From Rickettsiales bacterium (GTDB taxonomy: Bacteria; Pseudomonadota; Alphaproteobacteria; Rickettsiales; UBA3002): 60,925 nucleotides of DNA. Within the stretch, counting starts at the first letter, position 1; each line of letters begins with the position of its first letter. Where the stretch lies: the NCBI GenBank assembly GCA_027489915.1, contig JAIXZB010000028.1:1-60925 (forward strand). Direction: 5' to 3'. The position numbers and the translations under genes are program-made. Below the pieces are notes generated by a model. The model was given only the letters and a program-made list of their open reading frames with translations, had not been told where the DNA came from and made no database searches. Below, piece after piece: positions 18,905 to 28,638 of the stretch.

Positions 18905-19546
18905 TTACCTTTGTATATTCACCAGTACACGCGCCTGCGGCGTGCCGCCAAATTGCATGTGAGTACCATTTTCTGTTATTGCGTAGCCTGTGGCGGTGAG
19001 ATTGCCAAGCGGACCCTGCCCTATTATCTGCTCTTTGCCTGATGCTGAGGCTTGCTTTGTGTCTATCGCAACACGGTTGGTAGTGAAGCTATAGCCGTTA
19101 TCTTGATAAAGCGACACCTCGCCCCACAAATCGAGGATGCGGGTGGAGGAATCGTAGCGGCCTTGTTTGGAGGTAAGGTTCAACCATGTATTATCGGATT
19201 TGAACATATCGGCTTGCACACCAAAAAGCTGAATCACATTATCGGTTTCCTGAACAGCTCTATCGGCAGTGGCGGTGAAGGGTTCATTTTTTTCTGTTAC
19301 ACCTTCGAGCTTGGGCTTTAGCATGACGGGTTGCTGCCCTGTTTGGGTTTGCGTAGATACGAACGATATGCGTTTTCCATCGCGCGTTTGCTCGATGAGA
19401 GGAATGGCAATGATGGCAATGATAATGAGAATAGAGACTGCACCGAGCGCCCATTTTCCAAAAAATACCATACGGGTGTAGCGCGTGATGCGCGCAAAGA
19501 TTTCGAGAGGAATGGTGGATTTGAGTTTTGCAGCAGGAGCATTCAT
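18905..19546 (-). CDS. lptC: LPS export system protein LptC
   Basis: A single N-terminal TM anchor is followed by an OstA-like fold. The call rests on its position in the kdsD-lptC-lptA-lptB order. Confidence 0.7.
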   Translation of the reverse strand: MNAPAAKLKSTIPLEIFARITRYTRMVFFGKWALGAVSILIIIAIIAIPLIEQTRDGKRISFVSTQTQTGQQPVMLKPKLEGVTEKNEPFTATADRAVQETDNVIQLFGVQADMFKSDNTWLNLTSKQGRYDSSTRILDLWGEVSLYQDNGYSFTTNRVAIDTKQASASGKEQIIGQGPLGNLTATGYAITENGTHMQFGGTPQARVLVNIQR

Positions 19547-19555
19547 GCGTTTTGC

Positions 19556-20542
19556 CTACATAACGCCAGCGCGCAGGCAATCATGCACGTGTACAATGCC
19601 TATGGGTTTTCCTGATTCGACTGCAAAAAGGCAGGTGATATTTTTACTGTTCATGATGCCCAGCGCTTCGGCAGCAAGCTGTTGAGGGGTGACGGTGATG
19701 GGTGCTTTTGTCATGACGTGTGAGGCTTTTTCTGCGAGCAACGTATTACCCATGTGGCGGCGTAAATCGCCATCGGTGATAACACCAAGCAGCTTACCAC
19801 TTGCATCGACAACCCCTGCGCAGCCAAAGCGTTTGGCGGTCATGGTGAGCAAGACTTTTTCCATAGGCTCAGATTCACTTACCAAAGGTAATTCATCGCC
19901 TTTGTGCATGATATCGGCGCAGCGGATGAAAGCTTTTCCGAGTTTTCCGCCCGGGTGGAATATACCAAAATCGGTGCTAGTGAATCCGCGTTTTTCAAGC
20001 AATGCCATGGCAAGCGCATCGCCATACGCCAGCATCATGAGGGTGGAAGTAGTGGGCGCACCTGTGGGCGATGCTTCGGGTGATTCGGGAAGCACCACCG
20101 CAATATCAGCAGATTCGACCAGCACCGACCCTGCGCGGCGCACGAGCGCAATTAATGGAATAGAAAAACGACGGGTATAGCCAATGATATCGCGCAATTC
20201 TGCGGTTTCACCAGAGTTAGAGAGGCAGAGAACTGCATCGCCCTCGGTTATCATGCCCAAATCGCCGTGGCTGGCTTCGGCTGGATGAACGAAATAGGAT
20301 GGTGTACCGGTGGATGCCAGTGTGGCAGCGATTTTGCGGGCAATATGGCCGCTTTTTCCCATTCCACTGATGATGAGGCGGCCTTTCAGGCCATAGACGA
20401 GGTTCACAAGCGCAACGAATGAATCATCGAGCGCGGATTCGAGTGCTTTGAGGCCATCTACTTCGCAACGAAGAACGCGCTTTGCGCTCTCAACGGCGTT
20501 GAAGGGTTCGGCCGCAACCTGCGATACGGAAGATTTTGTCAT
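19556..20542 (-). CDS. kdsD: arabinose-5-phosphate isomerase (KdsD/KpsF; SIS + 2 CBS)
   Basis: SIS motif is ISGMGKSGHIARKIAATL, with tandem CBS domains at the C-terminus. The start is taken at the internal ATG (MTKSSV...). The track ORF extends to 20617. Confidence 0.85.
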   Translation of the reverse strand: MTKSSVSQVAAEPFNAVESAKRVLRCEVDGLKALESALDDSFVALVNLVYGLKGRLIISGMGKSGHIARKIAATLASTGTPSYFVHPAEASHGDLGMITEGDAVLCLSNSGETAELRDIIGYTRRFSIPLIALVRRAGSVLVESADIAVVLPESPEASPTGAPTTSTLMMLAYGDALAMALLEKRGFTSTDFGIFHPGGKLGKAFIRCADIMHKGDELPLVSESEPMEKVLLTMTAKRFGCAGVVDASGKLLGVITDGDLRRHMGNTLLAEKASHVMTKAPITVTPQQLAAEALGIMNSKNITCLFAVESGKPIGIVHVHDCLRAGVM

Positions 20543-20629
20543 GCCACTACTATAGAAATAATCTGCATGAATGCCAGCAAAACAGGCATTTCTTGTTAAA
20601 AATTCATTGTTTTGCAAGGTTTGCGGGGC

Positions 20630-21286
20630 TTAACTGTGCGCAAAGATGTCGGTTTCTGGCCATCCCGCCAAATCCAATTCGGCACGTGTAGGAAGGAAAT
20701 GATTACATGCAGCCGCAAGTTCTGTGCGTCCTTCGCGCGCAAGCAACACATCAAGCTTGGCTTTGAGGGCATGCAAATGAATAACATCGTTTGCGGCATA
20801 TTCTTGCTGTTCAGGCGTAAGATTATCGGCACCCCAATCGGAGGATTGCTGGTATTTGGAGATATCAACACCGAGCAATTCGCGGCATAGATCTTTAAAA
20901 CCATGCCGGTCGGTGTAGGTGCGCACAAGGCGCGAGGCAATTTTGGTACAGTAAATTGGCGCTGTCAGCACACCGAGATATTGCTTAAGAATGGCCACAT
21001 CGAAACGGGCGAAATGGAAAATTTTCACACGATTAGGGTCTGTTAGAAGCGCGGAAAGATTGGGGGCGTTATATACTCCCCGCGTAAACTGCACCAGATG
21101 CACCTCACCAGCTTCATCGCATAGTTGCAAAAGGCATAAACGATCGCGGTGGTTATTGAGGCCCATGGCTTCGGTATCAACCGCTAGTGAGCCATTTAGG
21201 GAGAGATTAGAAGGCAAATCACCTTTGTGTAATGTAATGGCTATGGCATACGTCCTTGTTAGAGATATAGTGGCGTGATGCCACAA
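20630..21286 (-). CDS. short RNase D-like 3'-5' exonuclease (DEDDy)
   Basis: Exo motifs LAVDTEAMGL, FHFARFDV and YAANDVIHL are present. The only in-frame start upstream of the conserved HKGDLP is a TTG at 21286, so the start is uncertain. Confidence 0.75.
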   Translation of the reverse strand: MWHHATISLTRTYAIAITLHKGDLPSNLSLNGSLAVDTEAMGLNNHRDRLCLLQLCDEAGEVHLVQFTRGVYNAPNLSALLTDPNRVKIFHFARFDVAILKQYLGVLTAPIYCTKIASRLVRTYTDRHGFKDLCRELLGVDISKYQQSSDWGADNLTPEQQEYAANDVIHLHALKAKLDVLLAREGRTELAAACNHFLPTRAELDLAGWPETDIFAHS

Positions 21287-21308
21287 TTGAAGCGCTACGG
21301 CAAGAAAT

Positions 21309-23219
21309 TTAGCGTTGCCTTTTCACTACTTCCACGCTTCGCGATGCACCTGTAATATCCGTTTGCGGCGTTGCTTTCTGGATGCATTCATCAAGGTAAG
21401 TAAGCGCACTGCGTACTATAAAAAGAGCACCGTTTTCTTTTTCGCTCAATACTTCCAGCGATTTTTTACAGTTGGTCAGGGCTTGGACGTTGGTTTCAAT
21501 ATCACCCTCATTGCCAAGAATAACCTGCATGCGCCTTCTATGGGTTAAATCACTATATGCCCTAGCTTTGGGGAATCCATTACTGCGCAACGTGCCCAAC
21601 ATCTCTTTTTCGAGCACTTCTTCATCACTGCGGCTGATACCAGGGGCAAATTGAATATAGAATTCATTCTGTTTCCGCTCAGCGTTGTGAAACACGCATA
21701 ATTCGTTGATGGCGTGCTTGCCAAAGTTAGACGCGAAGAAGGCCTTCACTTCATCTTGCGCTGATTGGTACTCAGGATCGTTTTTGGCATTAGCGGGATC
21801 CATGATGTAGCCAGCTTTTGTAGCATCGCCCAATGCTGAAACAATATTGTGCCCTGCATCTTCGCGCGTTCCTTTAATGCGTATGAGCTTGTCGCTCCAT
21901 GGATCATAATCTTTAGCATCAGGATTTATCAGATGGCCTGCGGTTAAATCATGTTCGTTATAGATGGTAATGCGACGGATTCCGATGTCTCTTTCCGCTT
22001 TTGTAAGCGGCACTTCACCAGGGGCAAGGGAAAGAATACCGATATTGCTTATAATAGTTCGTATATCATTGGCGTTTGCCGCTTTTACGGAACCATCTTT
22101 TTGCGTGATTTTCAGACGATCCCCAAATGTTGCGCATTCCTGATAGAGAAAGCGCACAGCATCGGTGACAGTATTTGCACCACGGCTATAGCCAACCAGT
22201 TTGAAATGCTGGGCAATACGTGCAGCATCTACGCGCAGGGTAAAATCGCTGCCTGCATAGAGTGAGTCCTGCGCAACGAAGGGAGTTTTGAATGATACGG
22301 GACTATCTTCGGATACTTCGCGGTCTAGATCGACTTTGTGTGCATCCTGAGGCTCCATCATCGATTTCAACATAAGTTTGGCTAAGCGCACTGCTGCAGG
22401 AGAAATGTTTTCCAGTGTTCGCTGTGCTGGATTGTCTATGCTACGGTCATTCAGCAGGTTATGCCTGCGCCGAATGAGTTGTGCACCGTTCATGTAGATA
22501 TCGCGCTCGGTGTGGCAGGCGAGAACAGATATATTTTTGCCTTTGGTTTTGACGCGCTCGGTATGTTGCGTGAGTATTTCACTATTTAGGGATGCACCCC
22601 ATCCATCGCTTGCGGCGCGCTCGATGCCTTGCATAAGCTGCGATAAATCCTCGCTGCGCCATGCACGCGCATGGTTTGAAGTTAGAATAAGATTTGGCCA
22701 ATCCGCTTCGCTGCCTTTTTTGAATAAGGTAGCTACATCCTTGGATTCTATTCTATTGAGATCGCCATCACCATTGTTAGTACATAAATTATTATTGAAT
22801 TCACTTTGAATGGGAATTTTATCACCTGATTGCGACAACCCAAATAATGACCATAGTGAATTGCCACTCCAGATATTATTACTCAGCGATTCAAACCATT
22901 CGGCAATTTCGAGCCCTGAATAATCTTTACTGTTTTTCAGGTGATGCTCTGCATTTTCGCGCAGCTTGGAACTTATGTTACCTAGCATTGCGAGGTAATT
23001 ATCCATGCCCATTTTTCCCGAGTAGTACAACTTCTCGGGGTCAATCATGACTCGTGGTGCATCTGCCGAGACACGTTCGTCTGGCGCATTTATGCCGCCT
23101 TCTGGGGTATTGCGTAGCATGAATATTTTTAAGTTCTCGTTTGTGTATGTTGGTAATTCTAACGTGTATTCACTGCTTACATTGTGAAGGTTGCGTGAAA
23201 TCAATATGTTGCGGTGCAA
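21309..23219 (-). CDS. hypothetical protein with putative serine-hydrolase (GxSxG) core
   Basis: 636-aa ORF. The nucleophile-elbow-like motif FKLVGYSRGAN has its Ser codon at 22185-22187, and later D/H candidates are NEHDL and EDAGHN. The gene is visibly more AT-rich than its neighbours. The start is uncertain (TTG at 23219, next ATG at 23120). Confidence 0.6.
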   Translation of the reverse strand: MHRNILISRNLHNVSSEYTLELPTYTNENLKIFMLRNTPEGGINAPDERVSADAPRVMIDPEKLYYSGKMGMDNYLAMLGNISSKLRENAEHHLKNSKDYSGLEIAEWFESLSNNIWSGNSLWSLFGLSQSGDKIPIQSEFNNNLCTNNGDGDLNRIESKDVATLFKKGSEADWPNLILTSNHARAWRSEDLSQLMQGIERAASDGWGASLNSEILTQHTERVKTKGKNISVLACHTERDIYMNGAQLIRRRHNLLNDRSIDNPAQRTLENISPAAVRLAKLMLKSMMEPQDAHKVDLDREVSEDSPVSFKTPFVAQDSLYAGSDFTLRVDAARIAQHFKLVGYSRGANTVTDAVRFLYQECATFGDRLKITQKDGSVKAANANDIRTIISNIGILSLAPGEVPLTKAERDIGIRRITIYNEHDLTAGHLINPDAKDYDPWSDKLIRIKGTREDAGHNIVSALGDATKAGYIMDPANAKNDPEYQSAQDEVKAFFASNFGKHAINELCVFHNAERKQNEFYIQFAPGISRSDEEVLEKEMLGTLRSNGFPKARAYSDLTHRRRMQVILGNEGDIETNVQALTNCKKSLEVLSEKENGALFIVRSALTYLDECIQKATPQTDITGASRSVEVVKRQR

Positions 23220-23357
23220 TAATGTGGATAATTTGTAGGGGTAGCTTAATACTCAGGACTGAAAATACTCGCTTACGCTCGTTGCCAATACTGAGGCGCT
23301 CAGCGCCTAAGCGTTTGGTCGAACGTGCTTTGTGCGCTGATTATCAGAAACACTACT

Positions 23358-23389
23358 AAAAAAAGCCCTCATTTCTGAGAGCTTTTTTT
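23358..23389 (-). terminator. intrinsic terminator downstream of tRNA-Leu
   Basis: The minus strand reads AAAAAAAGCTCTCAGAAATGAGGGCTTTTTTT. This is a 7-bp stem with one mismatch, a 4-nt loop and a T7 tract, starting 3 nt after the tRNA CCA end. Confidence 0.5.
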
Positions 23390-23391
23390 AG

Positions 23392-23478
23392 TGGTGCCCA
23401 GGACTGGACTCGAACCAGCACGATCTTGCGAACGCTAGCACCTGAAGCTAGTGCGTCTACCAATTCCGCCACCTGGGC
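23392..23478 (-). tRNA. tRNA-Leu (anticodon CAG), type II with long variable arm, CCA encoded
   Basis: The minus strand reads GCCCAGGTGGCGGAATTGGTAGACGCACTAGCTTCAGGTGCTAGCGTTCGCAAGATCGTGCTGGTTCGAGTCCAGTCCTGGGCACCA. The acceptor stem is GCCCAGG/CCTGGGC, the anticodon stem CTAGC/GCTAG, the loop TTCAGGT and the T-loop TTCGAGT. Confidence 0.9.
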
Positions 23479-23493
23479 ACATCAGGTTCGGGG

Positions 23494-23522
23494 GGTATAG
23501 TCGAGCTTATTATGTACGTCAA
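23494..23522 (-). promoter_or_regulatory. sigma70-like promoter for tRNA-Leu
   Basis: The minus strand reads TTGACG-17 nt-TATACC, followed by a GC-rich discriminator (CCCCG). The -10 element ends ~15 nt before the mature tRNA 5' end. Confidence 0.4.
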
Positions 23523-23593
23523 CTGTTAGCATAGCGCTTGCAATGCGCGAGCAGTGGATGCAGAACACTTAACACTTACAGGTGAGGTGAAAA

Positions 23594-24517
23594 ATGAAAA
23601 CACAGATTGTAACAGTGGTGGGCGGCTCGGGCTTTGTGGGGCGGCATGTGGTTAAGGCGCTTTGCAATGCAGGCTACACCGTGCGCGTGCTGTGCCGTGA
23701 TACGGTGGCGGCAGAATTTTTACGCACGGCTGGGAATGTAGGCCAAGTGGTGGTGCAGCATGCGGACATTACCAAGCCAGCATCGCTTTCTGGTGCACTT
23801 GCGGGGTCGTTTGCTGTGGTGAATCTGGTCAGCACACTCTATTCGCGCGGCAAACAAAGTTTTCTGGCACTGAATGTGAAAGGCGCACAAGCGGTTGCGG
23901 AGGAAGCGCGCAACATTGGTGTCGAGCGCCTAATTCATATTTCAGCGCTTGGTGTGGAAGATGCGCTTGATACCGAGTATGGCAGCACCAAGAAGATTGG
24001 CGAAGATGCGGTGTGTGCTGCGTTTGAAGGTACAACACTGCTTAAGCCCAGCCTGATATTTGGCGCAGGCGATGGATTTTTTGACAGGTTCGCACGCATG
24101 AGCCTTATGGCCCCTGCACTGCCACTTATTGCAGGTGGCACCACATTATTTCAGCCTGTGTATGTGGAAGATGTTGCGCAAGCCATTGTTACGGCGCTGC
24201 GCAATCCGAACACAAAAGGGCAGCGTTATGAACTTGCGGGGCCTCGCAGCTATAGCTTCAAGCAGATGCTGCTGCTGATGATGGCAATTACTAAGCGCCG
24301 CAGATTCTTGTTGCCGATTCCCTCTGCCATTGCATCGGTAATGGGACTGGTGAGCGAACTATTGCCCTTCCCACCTGTCATTACGCGCGATCAGGTAAAA
24401 ATGCTTAAGCATGACAACGTGATGGCGGCTGGTGACCAAGGGCTTGAGACGCTAGGTATTGCGCCCACAGCGCTTGAGCCTATTCTTCCTGAAATACTGA
24501 AACGTTACGTTGCATAA
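23594..24517 (+). CDS. NDUFA9-like NAD(P)H-binding SDR family protein
   Basis: The N-terminal Rossmann motif is VVGGSGFVGRHV, and the 307-aa atypical-SDR architecture is as in alphaproteobacterial complex I NDUFA9 homologues. Confidence 0.8.
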   Translation: MKTQIVTVVGGSGFVGRHVVKALCNAGYTVRVLCRDTVAAEFLRTAGNVGQVVVQHADITKPASLSGALAGSFAVVNLVSTLYSRGKQSFLALNVKGAQAVAEEARNIGVERLIHISALGVEDALDTEYGSTKKIGEDAVCAAFEGTTLLKPSLIFGAGDGFFDRFARMSLMAPALPLIAGGTTLFQPVYVEDVAQAIVTALRNPNTKGQRYELAGPRSYSFKQMLLLMMAITKRRRFLLPIPSAIASVMGLVSELLPFPPVITRDQVKMLKHDNVMAAGDQGLETLGIAPTALEPILPEILKRYVA

Positions 24518-25188
24518 TGGTGTACACGCTTTACCATTCTCCGCTATCTGCAAGCTGCCGCAAGCTGCGGGTGATGCTGCGTGAGAAGGATATTGAACAT
24601 CAACTTCAGTTTGAGGATATCTGCAAACCACGCACAGCATTTTATGCACTGAATCCTTCGGGTGAAGTGCCCGTGCTTGTGACCAGCAAGATGCAATCTA
24701 TTTGCGGTGCGTATGCGATTGCTGAGTTTCTCGAAGAATCCCACCCCGAGGTGCAATTTTTTGGCGCAACCATTGAAGAACGCGCGGAAGTTAGGCGCTT
24801 GGTGGAATGGTTCGATAGTAAATTTGAGCGCGAAGTGGCGCAGCTCATTGTGTTTGAGAAATACTTTAAGCGTATGATGGGATATGGCGAGCCTTCATCG
24901 GAAGCGATTCGCGCAGGGCGCAGAAACCTTGTCTCGCACCTTGATTACATGGAGCATTTGCTGGAGCAGCGCAACTGGCTTGCGGGGGAGTATTTAACTC
25001 TAGCCGATATTACGGCAGCAGCGCATTTATCGTGCCTTGATTATTTAGGCGACATGACGTGGGCAGGACGTGAGGCGCTGAAGGAATGGTATGCGCTGAT
25101 TAAATCTCGCCCATCGTTTCGCGGATTACTGGAAGATAAGGTGCAGGGTTTCAGGCCACCCAGCCATTACGACAACCCCGATTTTTGA
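24517..25188 (+). CDS. glutathione S-transferase family protein
   Basis: Has an N-terminal thioredoxin-like GST fold (YHSPLSASCRKLR...EVPVL) and an alpha-helical C-domain. A glutaredoxin gene follows. Confidence 0.8.
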   Translation: MVYTLYHSPLSASCRKLRVMLREKDIEHQLQFEDICKPRTAFYALNPSGEVPVLVTSKMQSICGAYAIAEFLEESHPEVQFFGATIEERAEVRRLVEWFDSKFEREVAQLIVFEKYFKRMMGYGEPSSEAIRAGRRNLVSHLDYMEHLLEQRNWLAGEYLTLADITAAAHLSCLDYLGDMTWAGREALKEWYALIKSRPSFRGLLEDKVQGFRPPSHYDNPDF

Positions 25189-25236
25189 TTTCTGCGCCAC
25201 GCGCACTATATACACATCACATAACAGGAGAAACCC

Positions 25237-25491
25237 ATGCCAGAGATTACCGTTTATACCACCAAAGTGTGCCCATATTGTGTGCGTGCCAAAGATTTAC
25301 TTAAGCGCAAAGGCGCTGCATTCACCGAAGTCGATGCAAGCGATGATGATGTGCGCGAAGCGATGATTGCAAAAGCTGGTGGACGCCGCACGGTGCCACA
25401 GATTTTTATCGGCAACACCCATGTGGGCGGATGCGACGATTTATATGCCTTAGATAAAGAAGGTAAGCTGGATGCTCTGCTCGCTGCGTAA
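25237..25491 (+). CDS. grxC: glutaredoxin 3
   Basis: 84 aa with the CPYC active site and TVPQIFI...GGCDD motifs. Confidence 0.9.
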   Translation: MPEITVYTTKVCPYCVRAKDLLKRKGAAFTEVDASDDDVREAMIAKAGGRRTVPQIFIGNTHVGGCDDLYALDKEGKLDALLAA

Positions 25492-25614
25492 TTGCGGCAA
25501 GAAATCCACAGGATGTAATAATAAATATAATAATACTTGATTTTTACTTGCGGTTACTTGGCGTGGGCGCGTTTCCAGTGCTTACATCGCTGTAATCTTT
25601 GGGGAGAGTCACGT

Positions 25615-26874
25615 ATGTGGTGGATGTTCGCACTGCCTTGGTGGAATGTAATGCAGACGCAAGCAGCACCGAATGCTGAACGTGGTGCTGCATCGCAAGT
25701 ACCCGCCTCACCCCTGCTTCCTTATTATCAATGTTTAGCGACGCATGGTGACCATGCATTTGGCGTGTGGGATAGAGGTACGGGATTTTCGCTTTTTTCG
25801 GCTAATTGGGAACGTGTGACAGGCCTCGCGACAGGTGATTGCGCAGGACACGCAATGCTTGCCCGCCTGCTGACACGTGATGCGGAATTGATTGGTAATG
25901 CTCTGCAATCGATGCCTACACGGCTTGATACGCCCATGCTGTTTGAAGCACGGGCACTGGATAACACCAAAGACGATGGTGAGCGCGCCCTTGCATTTGC
26001 GATATGGCCGATGAGCAATGAAGGGCTGCATGGCAGCGTGATGGTGATGGCCAAGGATGTGGATGCGATGCGCCGCTTGCAACAGGATTATAACCAGATG
26101 AGCATGCATAAGCATGCGGCGGAAAAAGGGCGCAACAGCTTTTTATCGAATATGAGCCATGAGTTACGCACACCACTGAATGCCATCATGGGCTTTTCGG
26201 AAATGATGCAATCGAAAATGTTTGGTGATGTGGGGCATCCCACCTACGAAGAATACATCAATGACATTCATGGCTCGGGCCAGCATTTGCTGGGTAAAAT
26301 AAATGATTTGCTTGATATTGCTTCGATCGACCAGAATCAATTGACGCTGGATGATGAAGAAATTAGCCTTGCTGAGATTGTGCGTGATGTGGTGGAAGCG
26401 TTTTCGCATAGCGCGTTTGAGCGCAATATTAAAATCGTCTGTGACCTGCCGAAAGAGGAAATTGTTGCTATTATGGATCGCCGCAAGGTGATTTGTATTC
26501 TGTCGCACTTCATCAATAATGCGCTGCGCCATAGTGGATCGGATACTTCTGTTACGCTGGTATGCCGCGTACACCGCACGCAAGGGCTGATTATTTCGGT
26601 ACGTGATCAAGGCGAAGGTATTGGTTCGGCACGGCTAGCAAACATCGTTAAAGCGCTTCAAAGCCCTGAAACCTATTTCGCTATGGATAGCGAGGGTATT
26701 GGGCTTGGTTTATCACTCGCAAAAGAGCTTGCCGCGCGCCATGATGGCACGGTGAGTATTGATTCGATTAAGCACAAGGGCACTGTAACCTCGCTTGTGC
26801 TGCCGCCAGAGCGTGTGGTGAAAGGGCTTGGCACAGGTAACGGCAGGCGCGGCATACACCTCGCTAAGCGCTAG
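25615..26874 (+). CDS. sensor histidine kinase (PAS-like N-domain, HisKA, HATPase_c)
   Basis: The H-box is SHELRTPLNAI and the G-boxes are DQGEGI and GIGLGLSLAKEL. The ATG at 25615 has GGAGAG 6 nt upstream. The track ORF starts at a TTG at 25537. Confidence 0.8.
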   Translation: MWWMFALPWWNVMQTQAAPNAERGAASQVPASPLLPYYQCLATHGDHAFGVWDRGTGFSLFSANWERVTGLATGDCAGHAMLARLLTRDAELIGNALQSMPTRLDTPMLFEARALDNTKDDGERALAFAIWPMSNEGLHGSVMVMAKDVDAMRRLQQDYNQMSMHKHAAEKGRNSFLSNMSHELRTPLNAIMGFSEMMQSKMFGDVGHPTYEEYINDIHGSGQHLLGKINDLLDIASIDQNQLTLDDEEISLAEIVRDVVEAFSHSAFERNIKIVCDLPKEEIVAIMDRRKVICILSHFINNALRHSGSDTSVTLVCRVHRTQGLIISVRDQGEGIGSARLANIVKALQSPETYFAMDSEGIGLGLSLAKELAARHDGTVSIDSIKHKGTVTSLVLPPERVVKGLGTGNGRRGIHLAKR

Positions 26875-26916
26875 AGCGTTCTTGTAATCGGGCCTGTTTC
26901 ATGCTGATATGCTAGA

Positions 26917-27549
26917 ATGGATACACTTCAACAGAAAATACTGAATGCAGCGCTACCGCATATTGCGTTTGATGGCTGGACACTCGCAACGTTAGCCCGG
27001 GCTGCACGTGCGGCTGGCTTGCCCGAAGCGGAAGCCACGCGCGCCTTTCCTGGCGGCGTGATGGATGCCATAGAAGCCCACTCGCACCATGCAGATGAAC
27101 AGATGATTTACACCCTGCGTAACGACTATTTGCTTAGCACCATGAAGGTGCGCGAGCGCATTGTCACGGGTGTAATGGTACGACTTCGCCAAGCGACACC
27201 GCACCGCGAAGCTGTGCGGCGCGCTATGGGGCATTTGGTGCTGCCGTGGAATGCTGCGCGAGCACTCGCGATGCTGCATAAAACGGTGGATGCCATCTGG
27301 CATGAAGCGGGGGATACGGCGACGGACTGGAATTATTATTCAAAACGTATTTTGCTTGGTAAAGTTTATATGAGCACGCTCTATGCATGGCTAGAAGATG
27401 ACAGTGCAGATTTACGCGATACGGAAGCGTTTCTGGCACGGCGTATTGAAGCCGTGATGCAGATCGAAAAATATAAAGGCAAAGCCAAAAAAGCCTGCAC
27501 AGATGCAGGGGCGATGATGAGCCAGTGGATGCCGTTTAAGCGGGCGTAA
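26917..27549 (+). CDS. COQ9-family (RpsU-divergently-transcribed-like) protein
   Basis: 210 aa with an N-terminal helix-turn-helix-like segment (ILNAALPHIAFDGWT) and a COQ9-like helical C-domain. The call comes from overall resemblance only. Confidence 0.7.
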   Translation: MDTLQQKILNAALPHIAFDGWTLATLARAARAAGLPEAEATRAFPGGVMDAIEAHSHHADEQMIYTLRNDYLLSTMKVRERIVTGVMVRLRQATPHREAVRRAMGHLVLPWNAARALAMLHKTVDAIWHEAGDTATDWNYYSKRILLGKVYMSTLYAWLEDDSADLRDTEAFLARRIEAVMQIEKYKGKAKKACTDAGAMMSQWMPFKRA

Positions 27550-27789
27550 TTATTCTGTTATGCGGCTTATAAATGTGCGCACACGGGGTGCGAGTAGCAG
27601 CGTAAGTGGAAAATTCACTGCAAATCCAATTGTAAAATGATGCAGCCAGTTCGCAACAAATGCGGCATTGAATCCGTCGTCGACAGAGGTGATTCCGATT
27701 GCCATGGCGAACGTCATGCATAACGACATGATGCAAGAACCAATGATATGCGCAAAGCGCCTTGGGATTTTAGATTTGGTTTGGGTCAT
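27550..27789 (-). CDS. small membrane protein, DUF2798-like
   Basis: 79 aa with two hydrophobic helices and the pattern ...FNAAFVANWLHHFTIGFAVNFPLTLLLAPRV... that I associate with DUF2798. It begins 2 nt after the stop of the 228-aa ORF. Confidence 0.55.
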   Translation of the reverse strand: MTQTKSKIPRRFAHIIGSCIMSLCMTFAMAIGITSVDDGFNAAFVANWLHHFTIGFAVNFPLTLLLAPRVRTFISRITE

Positions 27790-27791
27790 TA

Positions 27792-28478
27792 TTAATGTGC
27801 AATTAATGGGGTGGATGCAAGCATGGAAGGTTTAAGCCAAGGTGCTGCACCTGGCAAGAGTTCTGGCGCATGCAAAATCTTGGCATCGGGCGTATTGACG
27901 GCGTAATACAGCACTGAGCCAGAAATCATGGAAATGCGTCGGAATCTTTGGCTGTTTAAGCGCGAGAGCTTGCGGGTGAGTTGCTCGAAAAGCACTTCAG
28001 TATCCATACCGCAATCGCCGTCTTCTTCGAGTACTAAATCGCAGAATTCCATGTGCGGAACGCAGGCGAAATAATTGCTTATTTTGTAATTCTTGCGCTG
28101 TACGCGCACCATCGCCAAATCGCTGACGCGGGTTTCGGGTCTGTATTCGGTATAATCGGCTAGGTTTTTGATAGAGCGGTAACTGCGTCGCTTTTTGAGC
28201 CATACTTGATAATCGGCAGTAGTTACTTTGGTCATTTCTACACCAAAAATACTATAGTCGTTGCAGATGGTGAAATCCGGCCCCTGCCCTTGGCGGTTTT
28301 TAATGAGATCGACCGGCAGATGAAATAATCCGTGATGGGTGAGGATAGAAAAATACTGAATCAGACAGCCAATTTCGATTTTATCCTGATCGGGCACACG
28401 GGCGTGGATTAGCTCGGCGAAGCAACGCTCGAGCTCTGCATTTGAAAAGACCGACTTGTAGAATAACGGTCGCGCCAT
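27792..28478 (-). CDS. hypothetical protein
   Basis: 228-aa ORF with an ATG start. I recognise no family. The GPDF...GVEMTK spacing is loosely reminiscent of a PD-(D/E)xK nuclease core but is not canonical. Confidence 0.55.
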   Translation of the reverse strand: MARPLFYKSVFSNAELERCFAELIHARVPDQDKIEIGCLIQYFSILTHHGLFHLPVDLIKNRQGQGPDFTICNDYSIFGVEMTKVTTADYQVWLKKRRSYRSIKNLADYTEYRPETRVSDLAMVRVQRKNYKISNYFACVPHMEFCDLVLEEDGDCGMDTEVLFEQLTRKLSRLNSQRFRRISMISGSVLYYAVNTPDAKILHAPELLPGAAPWLKPSMLASTPLIAH

Positions 28479-28601
28479 AGTATTTGCATACTATATTTTG
28501 TTATTTATTGCGAGTTTTATTCTATATGTAGAATAATTACTTATATTTACTCTAATTACTTCAACTAATTAGACGATTTACTTTAGGTTTTACCAGAACA
28601 T

Positions 28602-28638
28602 AAAAAAAGCCGAGTATCCATTCGGAACTCGGCTTTTT
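28602..28638 (-). terminator. intrinsic terminator downstream of lpdA
   Basis: The minus strand reads AAAAAGCCGAGTTCCGAATGGATACTCGGCTTTTTTT. It has a long GC-containing stem and a T7 tract, 17 nt after the lpdA stop. Confidence 0.6.

Noticed and set aside
21287-23478. An integrative genomic island at tRNA-Leu.
   Set aside because: There is no integrase or other mobility gene. I could find no direct repeat of the tRNA 3' end at the far side (near 21290). Only a single gene is involved, so I treat it as a tRNA-adjacent single-gene acquisition at most.
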